64,000 nt of DNA from contig OX597824.1 in assembly GCA_951406725.2 (NCBI GenBank), forward strand, positions 73,718,001 to 73,782,000, read 5' to 3'. Position numbers and translations under genes: made by a program. Positions 41,588 to 56,490 of the stretch are shown in pieces. Numbering within the stretch: the first letter of the stretch is position 1; each line of letters begins with the position of its first letter. Under the pieces are notes generated by a model. That model worked only from the letters and a program-made list of their open reading frames with translations, did not search any database and was not told the origin of the DNA. This DNA comes from Octopus vulgaris (taxonomy: Eukaryota).

Positions 41588-41688
41588 TGTTTGTTGATGA
41601 ACCTGTCACCAGTGAGGTTACAGTTACATCTATCAAAGGAATGGTCATGACTTTGGACACAGTTGCCACAGCCACAGACAGAGACAAA
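41588..41688 (+). CDS. HTD2: HTD2-like exon 3
   Basis: Acceptor tatttccag; (L)FVDEPVTSEVTVTSIKGMVMTLDTVATATDRDK; donor GTAAAT at 41689 (phase 0). Confidence 0.8.
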
Positions 41689-41720
41689 GTAAATGTTTAT
41701 AATTTTTCTTGCCTTATATA

Positions 41721-42231
41721 CCGTAAATCCTCTTGTATAGTCTGCCCTTGAGTATAATACGCAGGAGATTTTTAGGGAGCTGTACCTCTGAAAATCCTAT
41801 ACTTTGTGTTATAATACACACCCCTTCTCTAACTTGAGTCAAGGAGGTCTATATAACGTCCTTGGTTTGTAAAAAATGTATACGGTAACATCCTTTATTA
41901 TTATTGTATATATAATATAATGCAAACGTGTAGCTTTTTTGTGCATTTTGTTTGCAGAAAATAAAGAAATAACAGTAATAACGTTTAATAAATGTTGCTT
42001 ACTGCAAGTTATGGATGATTCTTTTATGACTTCATTGCTTTCAGGCTTAGTTTGAGGTATTTTCGCGCCCGACATCATAAAATGCGTCTGAATAAACATT
42101 GCCGAACAAATAGAGACTCAGACATTGCTTAGAAAATAATTTTCGTTTTTAACCTTGTATACAGTACGCACTAGAGATTTTGACCTTTAAATTTTGAGAA
42201 AAAAATGCAGATTATACTCAAGGATTTACGG
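41721..42231. mobile_element. Tc2/pogo-like MITE
   Basis: TA|ccgtaaatcct...gtata ... tatactcaaggatttacgg|TA terminal inverted repeats. Confidence 0.8.
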
Positions 42232-42249
42232 TATTTTCCTGGTCTTATA

Positions 42250-42960
42250 TACAAAGTAGTATCAAAAAGTTTCCAGACTAGTTATGTTTGATAAAAAAAT
42301 AACTTATTCACTTAAGTTTTACTTTCATCTCCTTCGAAATAGTTACCTTGTGCAAGCAATACACCAGTTTCAGCATTCCTGTCACTTTTGGAATCCAGCC
42401 TGGAAGTTGTTTTTGTAAGCAAGTCGAGGACCTTCTGTGATTCACTCTGTATCTTGACAATGGTGTTAAAATGGCAACCTTTGAGGGCAGGTGTGGAAGT
42501 GATTCCGAGTGAGGAGAGCTTAGTGACGGGTTGCATTGTTATCATGAAGAATCCAATTCTTCATGCTACACAGATTTGGTTGCTTTCGTTGAATGTCCAC
42601 CCCCAAATGCATCAAAACATTGCAGTAGAACTCTCGATTGATGGTCTGACCCTGGGAGATGAATTCTCGATGCACAATACTGCGGATGTAAAGAAAAAAA
42701 AAATAAACGATGAGCTCCTCTTGATTAGGCTGTGGCTTTGTTTTGTGCTCATGCCACTTGAAACATTGCACACGACCAATTGCCTCATTGTTGTAAATCT
42801 GCTGAAGCACGCTCAATAGTAAATTTCCCTAGTTTAATGCAAAATTTCATGTTGGCTCTTTGTTCCTGTCCATGACAAAATCACAGACTACAGCAAACAC
42901 ACGATCACTAAAACACAAATTGCATAACTTGCAAAGTAAACACAGCAATATCACTCAGCA
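42250..42960 (-). mobile_element. Mariner transposase relic
   Basis: IVHREFISQGQTINREFYCNVL...WILHDNNA; homologous to 3300-4085. Confidence 0.85.
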
Positions 42961-43233
42961 CATTACCTCATAGTATTGAGATTTCAATGATGTGATCATT
43001 TATTTTTTAAAATGATATTGTAGGGTAGGTGTGAGAGGCTGGATCTGGCCAGTGCAAACTTAAAACTAGTAGAATCTTTGGGCCTGATATGGCCTGTTTA
43101 AATATTAAAGGGTCAAAGTGACTTAAGTTAAAAACCATCACTCCAAATTTTAGTCTTTGTACTTATCTTATAAAAATATAATTGTATTATGTAAAATTAT
43201 TGAACTAATACTTCTCTCTTTTCTTTCTTGTAG

Positions 43234-43302
43234 ATTGTCTTGAAAGGTGAAGCTAAAGTTCTTGTACCAAAATCCAGAATGAAAATAGTTTATGAAGAAT
43301 AA
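43234..43302 (+). CDS. HTD2: HTD2-like exon 4 (terminal)
   Basis: Strong polypyrimidine acceptor ctctcttttctttcttgtag; IVLKGEAKVLVPKSRMKIVYEE*, matching the usual MaoC last strand (V..GEA.V.VP). The four exons total 537 nt in frame. Confidence 0.8.
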   Translation: MVLKGEAKVLVPKSRMKIVYEE

Positions 43303-45674
43303 ATAAACATATACAAGCTCCTGCCTTAATAAGAAAACAAAACCAATAAAAGCATATAAGAGTGTGTGTGTGTGTGTGTAAAAGGCAATCAAAGAATAAT
43401 GTAGATATATAATGACCATGTAATATATTCTCACTTGTAGCTTGCATTAAAAAGTATCAACTTAGACTTGTACAAGTTTTACTAAGTGAAAACTTTCATC
43501 TGGATATTGGCAACTGTTATCTGTACATTGTATATATTATGGAATTTAATACAAAGAATGTGTGTGTGTTTTTGGAAAACAAAGACTGATCAATACCATT
43601 TAATGAACTCATAGCACAAAATATTATGTTGAATAAATCTGTATTCTTTAAATTAAGTGTTTGTATAGATGCAAAGGACTCATGCAAGAGATTGAAAAGA
43701 AGCAATTAGCAGGAATCAAATTTGTATTAATTAGGTGACAGAGGTTCAATTCCTTGACTTTCATCCGTCTTCACACGTCTTCATCCCTCTAAGGATGATA
43801 AAATAAAGTAACAATCACGAACTGAAGTCAATGATATCAACAAGCCACTCCTCCACTTGCTGTTGTTGTTGCTGGTGGTGGTGGTGGTGGCAGCGGCAAA
43901 ATCATTAGCACGCCAGGCAAAATGCTTAGCCAAAGCTGACTTTGCCTTTCATCCTTTCAGGGTCAATAAATTAAGTACCCGTGAAACACTGGGGTCTATG
44001 TAATCGATTATTTCCTCCTCCCAAATTTCAGGCCTTGTGCCTTTAGTAGAAAGGATTATTACTATTATTATTATTGAGTGAGAGAGTAGTGCATACCATC
44101 AAAGTGACACTGGGGTACAAATATATGCAGCCCAATATACCCATCATGTCTACGTGTGTGATAAGGGTACACCAGATGCATGCATCACAACCTTAGGTGT
44201 GCGACATGGTGATCTCATATCGAGATAAACAACACATTATTATTATTATTGTTAAGGCAGGTAACTGGCGTAATCATTAGCATGCCGGCTGAAATGCTTA
44301 GCGGTATTTCGTCTGCTGCTACGTTCTGAGTTCAAATTCCGCTGAGGTCGACTTTGCCTTTCATCCTTTCGAGGGTTGATCAAATAAGTACCAGTTATGC
44401 ACTGAAGTCAATATAATAAACTTAATCCGATGTCTGTCCTTGTTTGTCCTCTCTGTGTTTAGCCCCTGGTGGGTAGTAAAGAAATATGTATTTCGTCTGC
44501 CACTATGTTCTGAGTTCAAATTCCGTTGTGGTTGACTTTGCCTTTCATCTTTTCGGGGGCGATAAATTAAGTACTAGCCAAGTACTGGGGTCGATGTAAT
44601 TGACTATCCCCCTCCCCCAAAATTGCTGCCATTGTGGCAAAATTTGAAACCATTATTATTATTGTTATTATTATTAAGGCAGTAAGCTGGCAGAATTGTT
44701 AGCACACTGGGACAAAATGCTCAGCAGCATGTTTTCTGTTTGTACCACTGAGTTCAAATCAAATTGAGATTGACTTTGCCTTTTATTCTTTGAGGGTCAA
44801 TAAAATAAAGTACCAGTCAAGTACAAGGGGGCTGCTGTAAAGTTCCTTACTTTAAGGGTATCATGAATGGCCTGGCTGGAGGCCCAAACTTTCAAGTTCA
44901 TTTACAAGGCTTAGAGAAACTGAAGGACTGCTGCAATAAGTGTGTGAATCTGGTGGCGGTGGTAGCGGTGGTGGTGGTCATTTTCTTCTTCTTCCAATCA
45001 GGACTCATGCCATTAGCCACAAAGAATAATCTCTAATTCGAGCCTACTCTAAGCTACTAAGAATGCATGTGACAACTTGAAGATCCACCCACCGCACGCG
45101 ATAGACTGGCAGTTGCTTGGGCATAAAAACTATGTTGTTATCCTCATTCTGTAAACGGTGCCTTTTTAATGGGTGGAGAACTGAACCATCCTGGGGTACA
45201 GAGGATTCACAATCTAGACTAGGGTCTGAAAGTTTACCACACCATAGTGGGTTACACCATGGTTCTTCTGCTTTGTGGCAGAAGTAGGAAGAAAGAGTGA
45301 GAGAAAGTTGTGGTGAAAGAGTACAGCGGGGTTCACCATCACCCCTTGCTGAAGCCTTGTGGAGCTTGGGTGTTTTTGCTCAATAAACACTCACAATGCC
45401 CGGTCTGGGAATTGAAACAGTGTTCTTACGACTGCGAGTCCGCTGCCCTAACCACTGGGCCATTGCGCCTCCACTGGTTGAGGTTGACATTGCTTTTCAT
45501 CCTTTTAGAGTCATGGCCATGTGGTTAAGAATCTTGCTTTGCAACCATGTGCTTTGGGTTCTGTCCCACTGCACAGCTCCTTAGGCAAGTACCTCATACT
45601 ATAGTTCTGAGCCAATTAATACCTTGAGACTGAATTTGTTGCATGGAAATTGTATGGAAGCCCATCATATATAT

Positions 45675-45711
<37 letters not shown>

Positions 45712-46029
45712 TGTGTTTTAGTGTTTGTACCTACCATTACTTGACAGTCTGTGTTGGATTGTTTACATCCTCATTGTGCTTGTCCCTACCACTACTTGAC
45801 AATCTGTATGGGTTTGTTTACATCCCCATAATTTAGTTGTTCTGCAAAAGAGACCAATAGAATAAGTCCGGGGATATGATTTGGAACTATGATTTGTGCA
45901 ACTAAAGTCTTTGAGGTGGTGCCCCAATATGGCCACAGTTCATTAAGTGAAACAAGAAAACATAAAAGATATAAACACTAACAATGCATACATTTTTATT
46001 TATTTATTTATACTGAAAAAAAAGATCAT

Positions 46030-46129
46030 TTATATATTTCTTAAATCCATAATTTGATTGTAGAATTCTCTGTCTTTGGGATTCTCTTCACATTTCACTG
46101 CATTGTTTGGTGGTACCATCTGATGATAT
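46030..46129 (-). CDS. ISM: Isthmin-like terminal coding exon
   Basis: Acceptor tctcactgcag; phase-compatible continuation (R)YHQMVPPNNAVKCEENPKDREFYNQIMDLRNI*, matching the isthmin C-terminus YH..RPPNN..C...P.D..Y. Confidence 0.85.
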
Positions 46130-46481
46130 CTGCAGTGAGAATATCAAGAGGAATTGGATATTAATAACAGATAAAAGCAATGAAAAATATTCAAAAGTAT
46201 ATATATATATATATAATAAAAATAAATGTGCTCTTTTTAAAGCCTAGCCAGGCTCATGGGCCCGGTTTGCTGGTTTCTATGGCATATGTGATCCCCAGCT
46301 GGACGGGACGCAAGTCCATCGCAGCATTACTCATTTTTGCCAGCTGAGTGGACTGGAGCAGCGTGAAATGAAGTGTTTTGCTCAAGAACACAATGCATCG
46401 CCCGGTCCAGGAATCGAAGCCACAATCTTACGATCGTGATGCTGACACCCTAACCACTAAGCCACGCACCTCCACACACAC

Positions 46482-46922
<441 letters not shown>

Positions 46923-48790
46923 TTATAGCACAATGTTCTCTCTTGACTGCATAAATATCCAGCTAATAACTGTACACACACACACACACACACACATACA
47001 TACACATGTCCACACATACACAGAGACATAGCAGTCTACTAAAAGAGAATGACATTATAAGTGGCACACTTTAAAAAAAACCATAAGTACTGGGACAATT
47101 TGTTCGACTAAAAACGAAAACCCTTCAAATGTCTTTTACTATAGCCCTGAGCCAAATAATGTCTTGAGAATGGAAACTGTGTTGATGATACTCATCAGTC
47201 ACTGTTACCATTTAACCACCCCGTGTCACATTATAATCTCACACACCCAGTGACAGCTCGTGTATAGGCACTGCGGAACTGCAGCATCCCCTACTCAATA
47301 TTATCTATAGCATTTAATATAATTAGTTTTTTTTTCTTTGATTTTTTCTTTAAACTTGTATATTATTATATAATCCTTAAGCTTAATGTTAGTAGCCATC
47401 CCCTTCTTCATGTTCCTTCTCGAGCCATGTCTGGCTCATTAGGGCCAGTTTCCCGGATTCCTTGGCGTATAGGTTCCCCACCTGGATGGGACGCCGGTCC
47501 ATCGCAGGTGAGCTGCAAGATGCAGGAGGAAAGAGTGAGAGAAAGTTGTGGCGAAAGAGTCAACAGAAGTTTGCCATTACCTTCTGGTGGAGCTGCGTGG
47601 AGCTTAGGTGTTTCGCTCATAAACACACACATTGCCTGGTCTGAGATTCGAACCTGCGATCCCTCAACGGCGAGTCCGCTGCTCTAACCACTAGGCCATG
47701 TGCTTCCACAGCCATCCCCTAGTTTATGAAAGAAAAGAACAAAAATCCTTGTATAGAACTGTGCACTTCACAGTTCCAGCGATGTGGTGTTTGGCTGTTG
47801 TGCGCATGCTCACATGTCCGAGATAGGAAGCTTCACGCTAGGGAGAAAGAGAACTATGATCCATGCAGTGCCGACCTCGGTGTGCTGGTGAAAGGTAGTG
47901 TTTCTTTTAGACTCTGCATGTGTTGTGCTTAAAAACGTGTTTACATTCTTGAATGTGATAAAGTGTAGAATTAGATTATTATCCTACTTCCAGCTTCAGT
48001 GTTGCTGCTAGGATTTGAAAAATAGGACACATTTCTCCAGGGGGAATTCGCGACGGTGTTCAATGAACAAATTAAACACACTACTTGGCAGTGGCTAAAA
48101 CACGAACCGATCAAGTTTATGCATAAATTTCCTTGTTATATGTTTGTTTCCTTTTACGCAATATTAAAACAACGGCTAAAAAATTTCCTGAAGCAGCACC
48201 CTTACTAATTTTGTCTACGAGCTGCCACTGCACACGTCTATTCCCTCTGGTGTCACTGTTACATTAAAATGTAAAAATAGGGATCAACAAGCCCTCTCCC
48301 TTTAGTCTTGTCAAAAGCAAAATAACATCCCTAGTGCTTGTGATATGAAAAAATGCACTAAGTACACTCTGTAATGTAAAATACAGCATCTAGTCATAGA
48401 AACGAAGCCAAAAATAAAACTCTGTGTACGAGATGTGGAGTTTTGATCCATCTAGGAGTGCAGTAACAAGTCGTCTAACCCATGCAAGTATGGGAAGTAG
48501 ACGTAAAACGATGGTTGTATTTGCTAACGTCCCTTTATGTTCGGATTTCAAATCCTACCCAGGCCCTTTTTGTCTTTTATCCTTTTGAAGTTGATAAAAT
48601 AAAGTAGTGGGGGTTGACGCAATTGTCTGTAGTTCCCTCCTACAAAAAGAAAAAAGAAGGCAGAGTCCTAGCATGGCCGCAGTCCAGTGAATGAAACCTA
48701 TAAAAATAATATAAAGAATAAAAAAAAAATTCCATCTCTTCCACAAAAACAACAACAATAAAAGGAAAAAGTATAAAACACAGTACAGAC

Positions 48791-49193
48791 CTCAACCAAT
48801 CACCTTTGCAGAGGACCCATGGTAGGATGTCAACTTTCTTGTGTAATTCCCAGGAGATCTGGGGGCTGATGAGGTTCGGGGTTCCAGCTGCCCTGCCGCG
48901 TGTAATGAGTCTTTGCTTCACATCGTAACAGCAATGTTGCACAGCAAGAGTTATCATACCTGGCTCCAGCAGTGAACGTATGCAGAATTTGGCACCCGGC
49001 CTGTAGATGTCTCTGCGTTCGGCAGGTGAACTGGCGATCTCCCATGTGAAATACGACTCTCTTTGCTCGTCCCATAACTGGTTGTGCCACATGAGGTTCG
49101 GGAAGACACATGGGCAACTTGGTAGGTTCTCCAGCTGTTTCAGGTACCGTCTCAAAGAATGGTATTTACATTGAATCCACTGGCCGCAGGAAT
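48791..49193 (-). CDS. ISM: Isthmin-like secreted protein, AMOP-domain exon
   Basis: SCGQWIQCK...LPSCPCVFP...W..AS...DIYRPGAKFCIRS...QHCCYD..RLITRGRAAGTPNLISP.IS.ELH.KVDILPWVLCKGDW, the isthmin AMOP signature; AG at 49194-49195 and GT at 48789-48790 on the minus strand. Confidence 0.9.
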
Positions 49194-49514
49194 CTAAATC
49201 ATGTAGAAAAACAGGTGAAATAAATTAATTAAAAACTGATTGATTAATGGTTAGAATAACAAAGAGAAGTTGTCGATACCAACGTGTCATAGATTTGGTA
49301 TTTTTTTATGATACTGGAATGGAAGGATGAAAGGTAATGTTGACTCTCAAAGGATTTGATCTCACAACGGCATAAATGGATAGGTGCAGGTATGGCTATG
49401 TGATTAAGGAGTTAATTTTGCAACTGTGCGCTTCTCATCCAGTGTCAAGCATCTGGGACGAGTATAGTTTACAATAGCCATCGTTTGCTTTATTTATTAT
49501 CTTGTGAGTGATAC

Positions 49515-49589
<75 letters not shown>

Positions 49590-49853
49590 TATGTTCCTTC
49601 TTAAGCCATGCCTGGCTCATAGGGCCGGTTTCCTGGTTTCCTTGGCGTATAAGTTCCCCACCTGGACGGGACGCCGGTCCGTCGCAGGTGAGCTGCAAGA
49701 TGCAGAAGGAAAGAGTGAGCAGAAGTTCGCCATTACCTTCTGGCGGAGCCGCGTGGAGCTTAGGTATTTCGCTCATAAACACACACACATCGCCCGGTCT
49801 GAGATTCGAACCCGCGAGTCCGCTGCTCTAACCACTAGGCCATGTGCCTCCAA

Positions 49854-49889
<36 letters not shown>

Positions 49890-51940
49890 CCAAAAAGGAA
49901 AATTTCAATTGTCATTAATTGTGATTAACGGCGCAGGGTAGAACCTACATTGTCGCCTTCGTTAGAGTAGCACCTACATAACCGCTTTAATGCTGTTAAG
50001 TATGATCGGTCAAGGAGTTACCATTGGTTTCGCATGTATACATACAGAATAATGTATACTTTTATACATCTATATGCGTGTGTGTGTATATGCGCAGATC
50101 TCGATCATAATTTCCAAGCATGGCTCAGTGTGTTTTGAAGCACTCCGTCGGTTAGACGACGAGGGTTCCGGTTGATCCGATCAACGGAACAGCCTGCTCA
50201 TGAAATTAACGTGTAAGTGGCTGAGCACTCCACATACACGTGTGCCCTTAACGTAGTTCTCGGGGATATTCAGCGTGACACAGAGAGTGACAAGGCCGCC
50301 CCTTTGAAATACAGGTACAACAGAAACAGGAAGTAAGAGTGAGAGAAAGTTGTGGTGAAAGAGTACAGCAGGGATCACCACCGTCCCTGCCGGAGATTCG
50401 TGGAGCTTTTTAGGTGTTTTCGCTCAATAAACACTCACAACGCCCGGTCTGTGAATCGAAACCGCGATTCTACGACCGCGAGTCCGCTGCCCTAACCACT
50501 GGGCCATTGCGCCTCCACATGGCTCAGTGTAAGTGGTTAAGCGTTCCACTGGCAAGTGTACCCTTAACGTCAATCTCACGTGAAATCGGACTGATACAGT
50601 GTGACAAATTCGGTCCTTCGAATTACAGGCTCGGTTCACCCGACGGGTTTTCTAGCTAGTTTTCATCAACCCCAATTTCACTTACAAGGCATGGGATGAT
50701 TTAAAGCTAAAGAAAATGGCTCGTGCTAAAAGTGACATGCAAATGCTTAAGAAGATCGCTTTGCAATCATGTTATTCTTACTTCAGCCCCACAGCATCGC
50801 GCTATAGGAACGTACTATTTTCCTTGCAGTCCCTATAATGGACTGTGCTAAAGTCTCTCAAGGGCTAAGCGTTGGTGTTAAACTGGGGTGTCATTCTAAT
50901 TTATCACTCGGAAAGAGGTACCATCCGTCAATCAGGCTTACGTACAATTTCTAGCCGACTTAATCCTTTAACATTTAAACCGGCTATATCCAGCTAAACT
51001 ATTCTACCTGTTTATGTTCGAACCAGCCTTACACATTTCTGGCAAGAGAAACCGATAGAATAAATACTAGGCTTTCAAAGAATATGTCTTGGGGTCGATT
51101 TGCTCGACTAAAGGCAGTGCTCCAGTATGGCCATAGTGAAATGACTGAAACAAGTAAAAGAGTAAAAGATATATATATATATATAATAAATATTAGGGAA
51201 TAAATCCAAATTTACAAAGAAAAATCAGATTTAAGATTGAATCCAATTTTATAATAAAATATTATATTATAATAAATTATATAAATTATTTTATGTATTT
51301 TATGTATTGGCTTAAGTCTTTCTTTGTTTGATTTGCATAATAGTGGTTTTGTCTCTAATTTATTATAATATATATATATATATATATATACGTAATTGTG
51401 TAATACGTATATTATAACTTTTTTCTTTTATTTGTTTCAGCCATTTGATTGCGGCCATGCTGGAGCACCGCCTTTAGTCGAGCAACTCGACCCCAGGACT
51501 CATTATTTGGAAGCTTAGTACTTATTCTATCGGTTTCTCTTGCCAAACCGCTAAGTTACGGGGACATAAACACACCAGCATCGGTTGTCAAGCGATGTCG
51601 GGGGATCACAGACATACACACACACACACATATATATACGACGGGCTTCTTTCAGTTACCGTCTACCAAATCCACTCACAAGGCTTTGGTCGGCTCGAGG
51701 CTATAGTAGAAGACACTTGCCCAAGGTGCCACGCAGTGGGACTGAACCCGGAACCATGTGGTTGGTAAGCAAGCTACTTACCACACAGCCACTCCTACGC
51801 CTAATAACTAATGAAACATTTCGCGTAATATAAGGAAAGTGAGTTAAAAATTGTTTGATATGTGTCATGACGCCTTTTTGCCTGTGCTCGTTCCTCTTAA
51901 CTTTAGGACCCGGCTACGCTTTTGCTAAGCGAACTACATG

Positions 51941-52325
51941 GGAAGCACTTCGTCGGTTACGACGACGAGGGTTCCGGTTGATCCGAATCAACGGAACAGC
52001 CTGCTCGTGAAATTAACGTGTAAGTGGCTGAGCACTCCACAGACACGTGTACCCTTAACGTAGTTCTCGGGGATATTCAGCGTGACACAGAGAGTGACAA
52101 GGCCGGCCCTTTGAAATACAGGTACAACAGAAACAGGAAGTAAGAGTGAGAGAAAGTTGTGGTGAAAGAGTACAGCAGGGATCACCACCATCCCCTGCCG
52201 GAGCCTCGTGGAGCTTTTTAGGTGTTTTCGCTCAATAAACACTCACAGCGCCCGGTCTGGGAATCGAAACCGCGATCCTATGACCGCGAGTCCGCTGCCC
52301 TAACCACTAGGCCATTGCGCCTCCA
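51941..52325 (-). mobile_element. SINE family C (tRNA-Arg-like head, OK-type)
   Basis: ggaggcgcaatggcctagtggttagggcagcggactcgcggtc head. Near-identical copy at 50138-50519(-); partial copy at 19735-19950. Confidence 0.88.
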
Positions 52326-54429
52326 AGCGAACTACATACGGCCTTGTTTACTCAAGGATATTAATCTAATACTTCAAAATATCATTGCATATTGTTGGTC
52401 ACCTTTGGCTTTTCATTTCCCAATCAATTATAAACCACTACTTAATTAAATTATAAATCAGAAGCTGTTATTGTTAAATGTTTATTGTCTGTAATGTTAT
52501 ATCTCTGAGAATGTTTAATCAATTAAAAATCTATTTATCTTTAAACGTCATTGATAACGATGTCAAGAATTATATCTTGGGTTTTAAAAAAAAATTTTTT
52601 TTTCATAACTCTGTATAGACATGTTCCAGAGGAATACAATACTTACGATAATTGGACACGCATTTTAGATGACAAACCGAAGAAATAAATTCTGTGCAGT
52701 CACTTGGCCTGCTAGAAATAGCAGTCAAATTAATAACCACTGAAGGGCATAGGCATGTTTGCTTGCTGAAGAAATTTAGTTCGCAACCGACTGTTTCTGG
52801 GTTCGATGGTTGTAAGTGGCACTTTGGGCAAGTGTCTGCCATCATAATTGGACTCGGCCAATACGTGTGTGTGTGTGCGCAGATGTGTATGCATGTGTGC
52901 GTGCATGTGTATTTTGTAGTGTGTGTGTTTATGTGTGCACGTATGTGTATATACATGTGATTGTGTGCAGATGTGTATGTGTGCGTGCTTGTGTATTTTG
53001 TAGTGTGTGTGTGTGTGTGTGTACACATGCGCACGCACACACACACACACACAGCCTCCCCTCTGCACACCACTGATGTTATCCAAGGGAAAGGCAAAGG
53101 CCGATACAGCTTGGCACCAGTGATGTCGCAACTCATTTCTACAGCAACGTGAAATAAAGTGTCTTGCACAAGAACACAACACGCAGCCCGGTCCGGGAAT
53201 CGAACTTACAACCTCAAGATCGTAAGCTCGACGCTCTAACCACTGAGCCATGCGCCTTCGCAGACACCTATAAGACTAATGACACAATTATTCACCAGTT
53301 GCAATATAAAAAATAAGTAAAGCATGACACGGACGATGGTCAGTCGATAGAATGGGCTGCACAACTCATGGCACAAATGTGTTGCTTTGTACTTATGTCA
53401 ATAATCACTGAAGGCAGTGACCTGGCAAAATCGGGTTTGCGGAATAGGTAGAGTCTCGAAGTACTTGACAATAATTTAACCACAGCTATTTATCTTCTGA
53501 TAAACCAAGTTCGGATGAATAAGGATCGGTTAAATAAATACCAGTAACTCACTCGGAGGTAGGGGAGGATGATGAAACTGAATGTTCCCTAGCTTCAATA
53601 CGTTGCTTTGTAACTAAATTACGAAACCATTAGAAATATCAGTAGAGTGTCGTGCAAAATGCCAGGACATATTAGTTCCGGCTCTTAACGTCCAGAGTTC
53701 AAATTCCACCGAGGTCAACTTTCTTTTTCGTTCTTTCGGGGGACGATAAAATAAAACATCAATCAGGTATTAGGGAAGGATCGATATCATTGACTAATCC
53801 CTACCTCCAAATTTATGGCCTTGAACTTATATTAGAAACAATTATTATTTTTATCGTTGGATTAGATTGGTGGTACAGTGGCAGAATCATTGGTAAAGTC
53901 CTTAGAACCATTCTTTACGGCTTTACGTTCTAAGTTCCGAGCTCGCTTCTACTTTTTATCCTGCGGTCGATGTAATTTGATTGGAGTTTTAGAACGGTAT
54001 TTGTTTTGTTTTTTTAAGCTTGGATACCATTAAAGTAAATGTTGCCTTTTGTCATCCCATAGTCGATAAAAAAAAGTACTAGTCATGCATTCGGGTCGGT
54101 TTAATTGACTAACCAATACCTAAAATTTATGGTTTTGTTCCAGTCTTAGAAATTATTATTTTTATCATTGGATGGTCGAATTTCTTCCCACTGCTTACAT
54201 TCTGAGTTAAAATCCTGCCTAATTCAACTTCGCTTTCCTTATCGTTAAAATAAAATGCCTGTCAAATAATGTGGTCGATAGTATCGACCAAATTCGTCCA
54301 CTCAAAACTGTTGGCCTTTGCCTAAATCAGAAACCGTTATTGGATGGTTTACAAGTTTTATGGGGAGATGTGAGATATATTCGCCCTTCTCCTGAGAGAC
54401 GTCTATCGTAAGTGGCAACTGATTAGAAA

Positions 54430-54730
54430 CATTTCCAGATGTGTTAACCGGAATGTGATGCTGGTGTTACTGAAGAAGGGCATGAACAAGGGACATCAAA
54501 TGTTAACCCTTTCGAAAGTAATATACAAAAGACTTTAAAGTTTCCATGAATCAGAGATTACGATTTTCGCTGAGGTGTTTGCGAAGAGATTGGCGCTTGT
54601 CGAAAGTGCGACTCTTAATAGATCTATCCACACTAGTCTCCACCTCGAGGTGAGGCATGAAATAAACATGGCTTTGATGGGGCCATTATCTGCTTTAGAT
54701 CAAGCCAATTTCTATGAAGTCGACCATTGA
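54430..54730 (+). mobile_element. Highly degenerate L1/Tx1-like RT fragment
   Basis: Broken frames reading DY.IFAEVFAKRLALV and LSALDQANFYEVDH, resembling DYKILAKVLANRL and LSLDQEKAFDRVDH. Confidence 0.45.
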
Positions 54731-55498
54731 TAACTGACAACGTTCCATAGTATACCTATTTCTTTACTACCCTCAAGGGGCTAAACACAGAGAGGACAAA
54801 CAAGGACAGACAAACGGATTAAGTCGATTATATCAACCCCAGTGCGTAACTGGTACTTATTTAATCGACCCCGAAAGGATGAAAGGCAAAGTCGACCTCG
54901 GCGGAATTTGAACTCAGAACGTAACGGCAGACGAAATACGGCTACGCATTTCGCCCGGCGTGTTAACGTTTCTGCCAGCTCGCCGCTGGTATACCAGGTT
55001 TCAATCTCGTTTTTGAATGCTGAATCGCTTTAATATACAGTGATTTCTACTCTGTCATCAAATGAAATGACCACATAGAAGAATTGTTTCCATTGTGTTC
55101 TCGGTTTCCTGAGAAGTTCTCTCAAAGCTCCTGTGCATTTTGGTTATTTCTAAGAAAGCTACTGGTGTTGAGGGGTATTCTGACCGAAGTGTGATGCAAG
55201 AAGGTTGTGTCGGCATGCATGGATAACGCTTGTCATCATGATGTACACCGCGAGGTAGTTGATACTACATCGAGGAAATATGAGGTGGTGGACAGGAGGA
55301 AGACGCATTGACCAGAACAAGTTGACAGGCTAATATTTTGGCGCTTGGAGAAGCGAGTCAACATCAGCAGGAGTTATGCGTCTGCTAAAATGTTTGAGGT
55401 TTGGTTCGAGTTAGAACTTCAATTGGAGATGAACTGCGATGAAGTTACGAACAAATATTGTTACAAGTCGAAGACTAAAGATAAAATATATATATATA

Positions 55499-55900
55499 GG
55501 CGTAGGAGTGGCTGTGTGGTAAGTAGCTTGCTAACCAACCACATAGTTCTGGGTTCAGTCCTACTGCGTGGCATCTTGGGCAAGTGTCTTCTGCTATAGC
55601 CCGGGCTGACCAATGCCTTGTGAGTGGATTTGGTAGACGGAAACTGAAAGAAGCCTGTCGTATATATGTATATATATATATATGTGTGTGTATGTGTTTG
55701 TGTGTCTGTGTTTGTCCCCCTAGCATTGCTTGACAACCGATGCTGGTGTGTTTACGTCCCCGTCACTTAGCGGTTCGGCAAAAGAGACCGATAGAATAAG
55801 TACTGGGCTTACAAAAGAATAAGTCCCGGGGTCGATTTGCTTGACTAAAAGACGGTGCTCCGGCATGGTCGCAGTCAAATGACTGAAACAAGTAAAAGAG
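55499..55900 (+). mobile_element. SINE family A, full-length young copy
   Basis: Near-identical to 6101-6504. Confidence 0.92.
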
Positions 55901-56149
55901 TATATCGGTCGGGAAAGAATTCCAGTTTTAATAAGAAAGACTTGAACGAAGAAGGGCTTCGATGCTTGATACTATATAGAGATCAGAAGCAGTGAATCAG
56001 AATGATCGAGTGTAGACGGCAATAGAGTGCATAATTCGGAGGAGTAGAGGCTACTGTAGAAAAAGTAGAGTGAAAAGGCAGTATGTAGAACAGAGGCTAG
56101 AGTATTTTGACGAGTGACTTCATGCCAATTGTACATAAAATACAAATAT

Positions 56150-56490
56150 TGAGATCCCCTCCGGTCATGACTGACTGTGGGATTGAACCTAGAAAGTTAC
56201 CCTCCCAGGCTCAAGTCCAGGCAAGGTTGTTTATGGAAGACCAGCAGTCGCCCATAAACAACCTTGCCTCCCCTCTGCACACCACTGATGTTATCCAAGG
56301 GAAAGGCAAGGGGGCCGATACAGCTTGGCACCAGTGACGTCGTAACTCATTTCTACAGCTGAGTGAACTGGAACAACGTGAAATAAAGTGTCTTGCTCAA
56401 GAACACAACACGCAGCCCGGTCCGGAAATCGAACTCACAACCTCACGATCGTAAGCTCGACGCTCTAACTATTGAGCCATGCGCCCTCAC
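56150..56490 (-). mobile_element. SINE family E
   Basis: gcgcatggctcaatagttagagcgtcgagcttacgatc head; second copy at 53054-53261(-). Confidence 0.8.

Noticed and set aside
31477-41721. MITEs sitting about 32 nt after the donors of HTD2 exons 1 and 3
   Set aside because: They belong to different families and n=2; compatible with chance plus selection against insertions closer to the splice site.
47170-47210. CTGATGA on the minus strand
   Set aside because: There is no properly placed GAAA or stem II.
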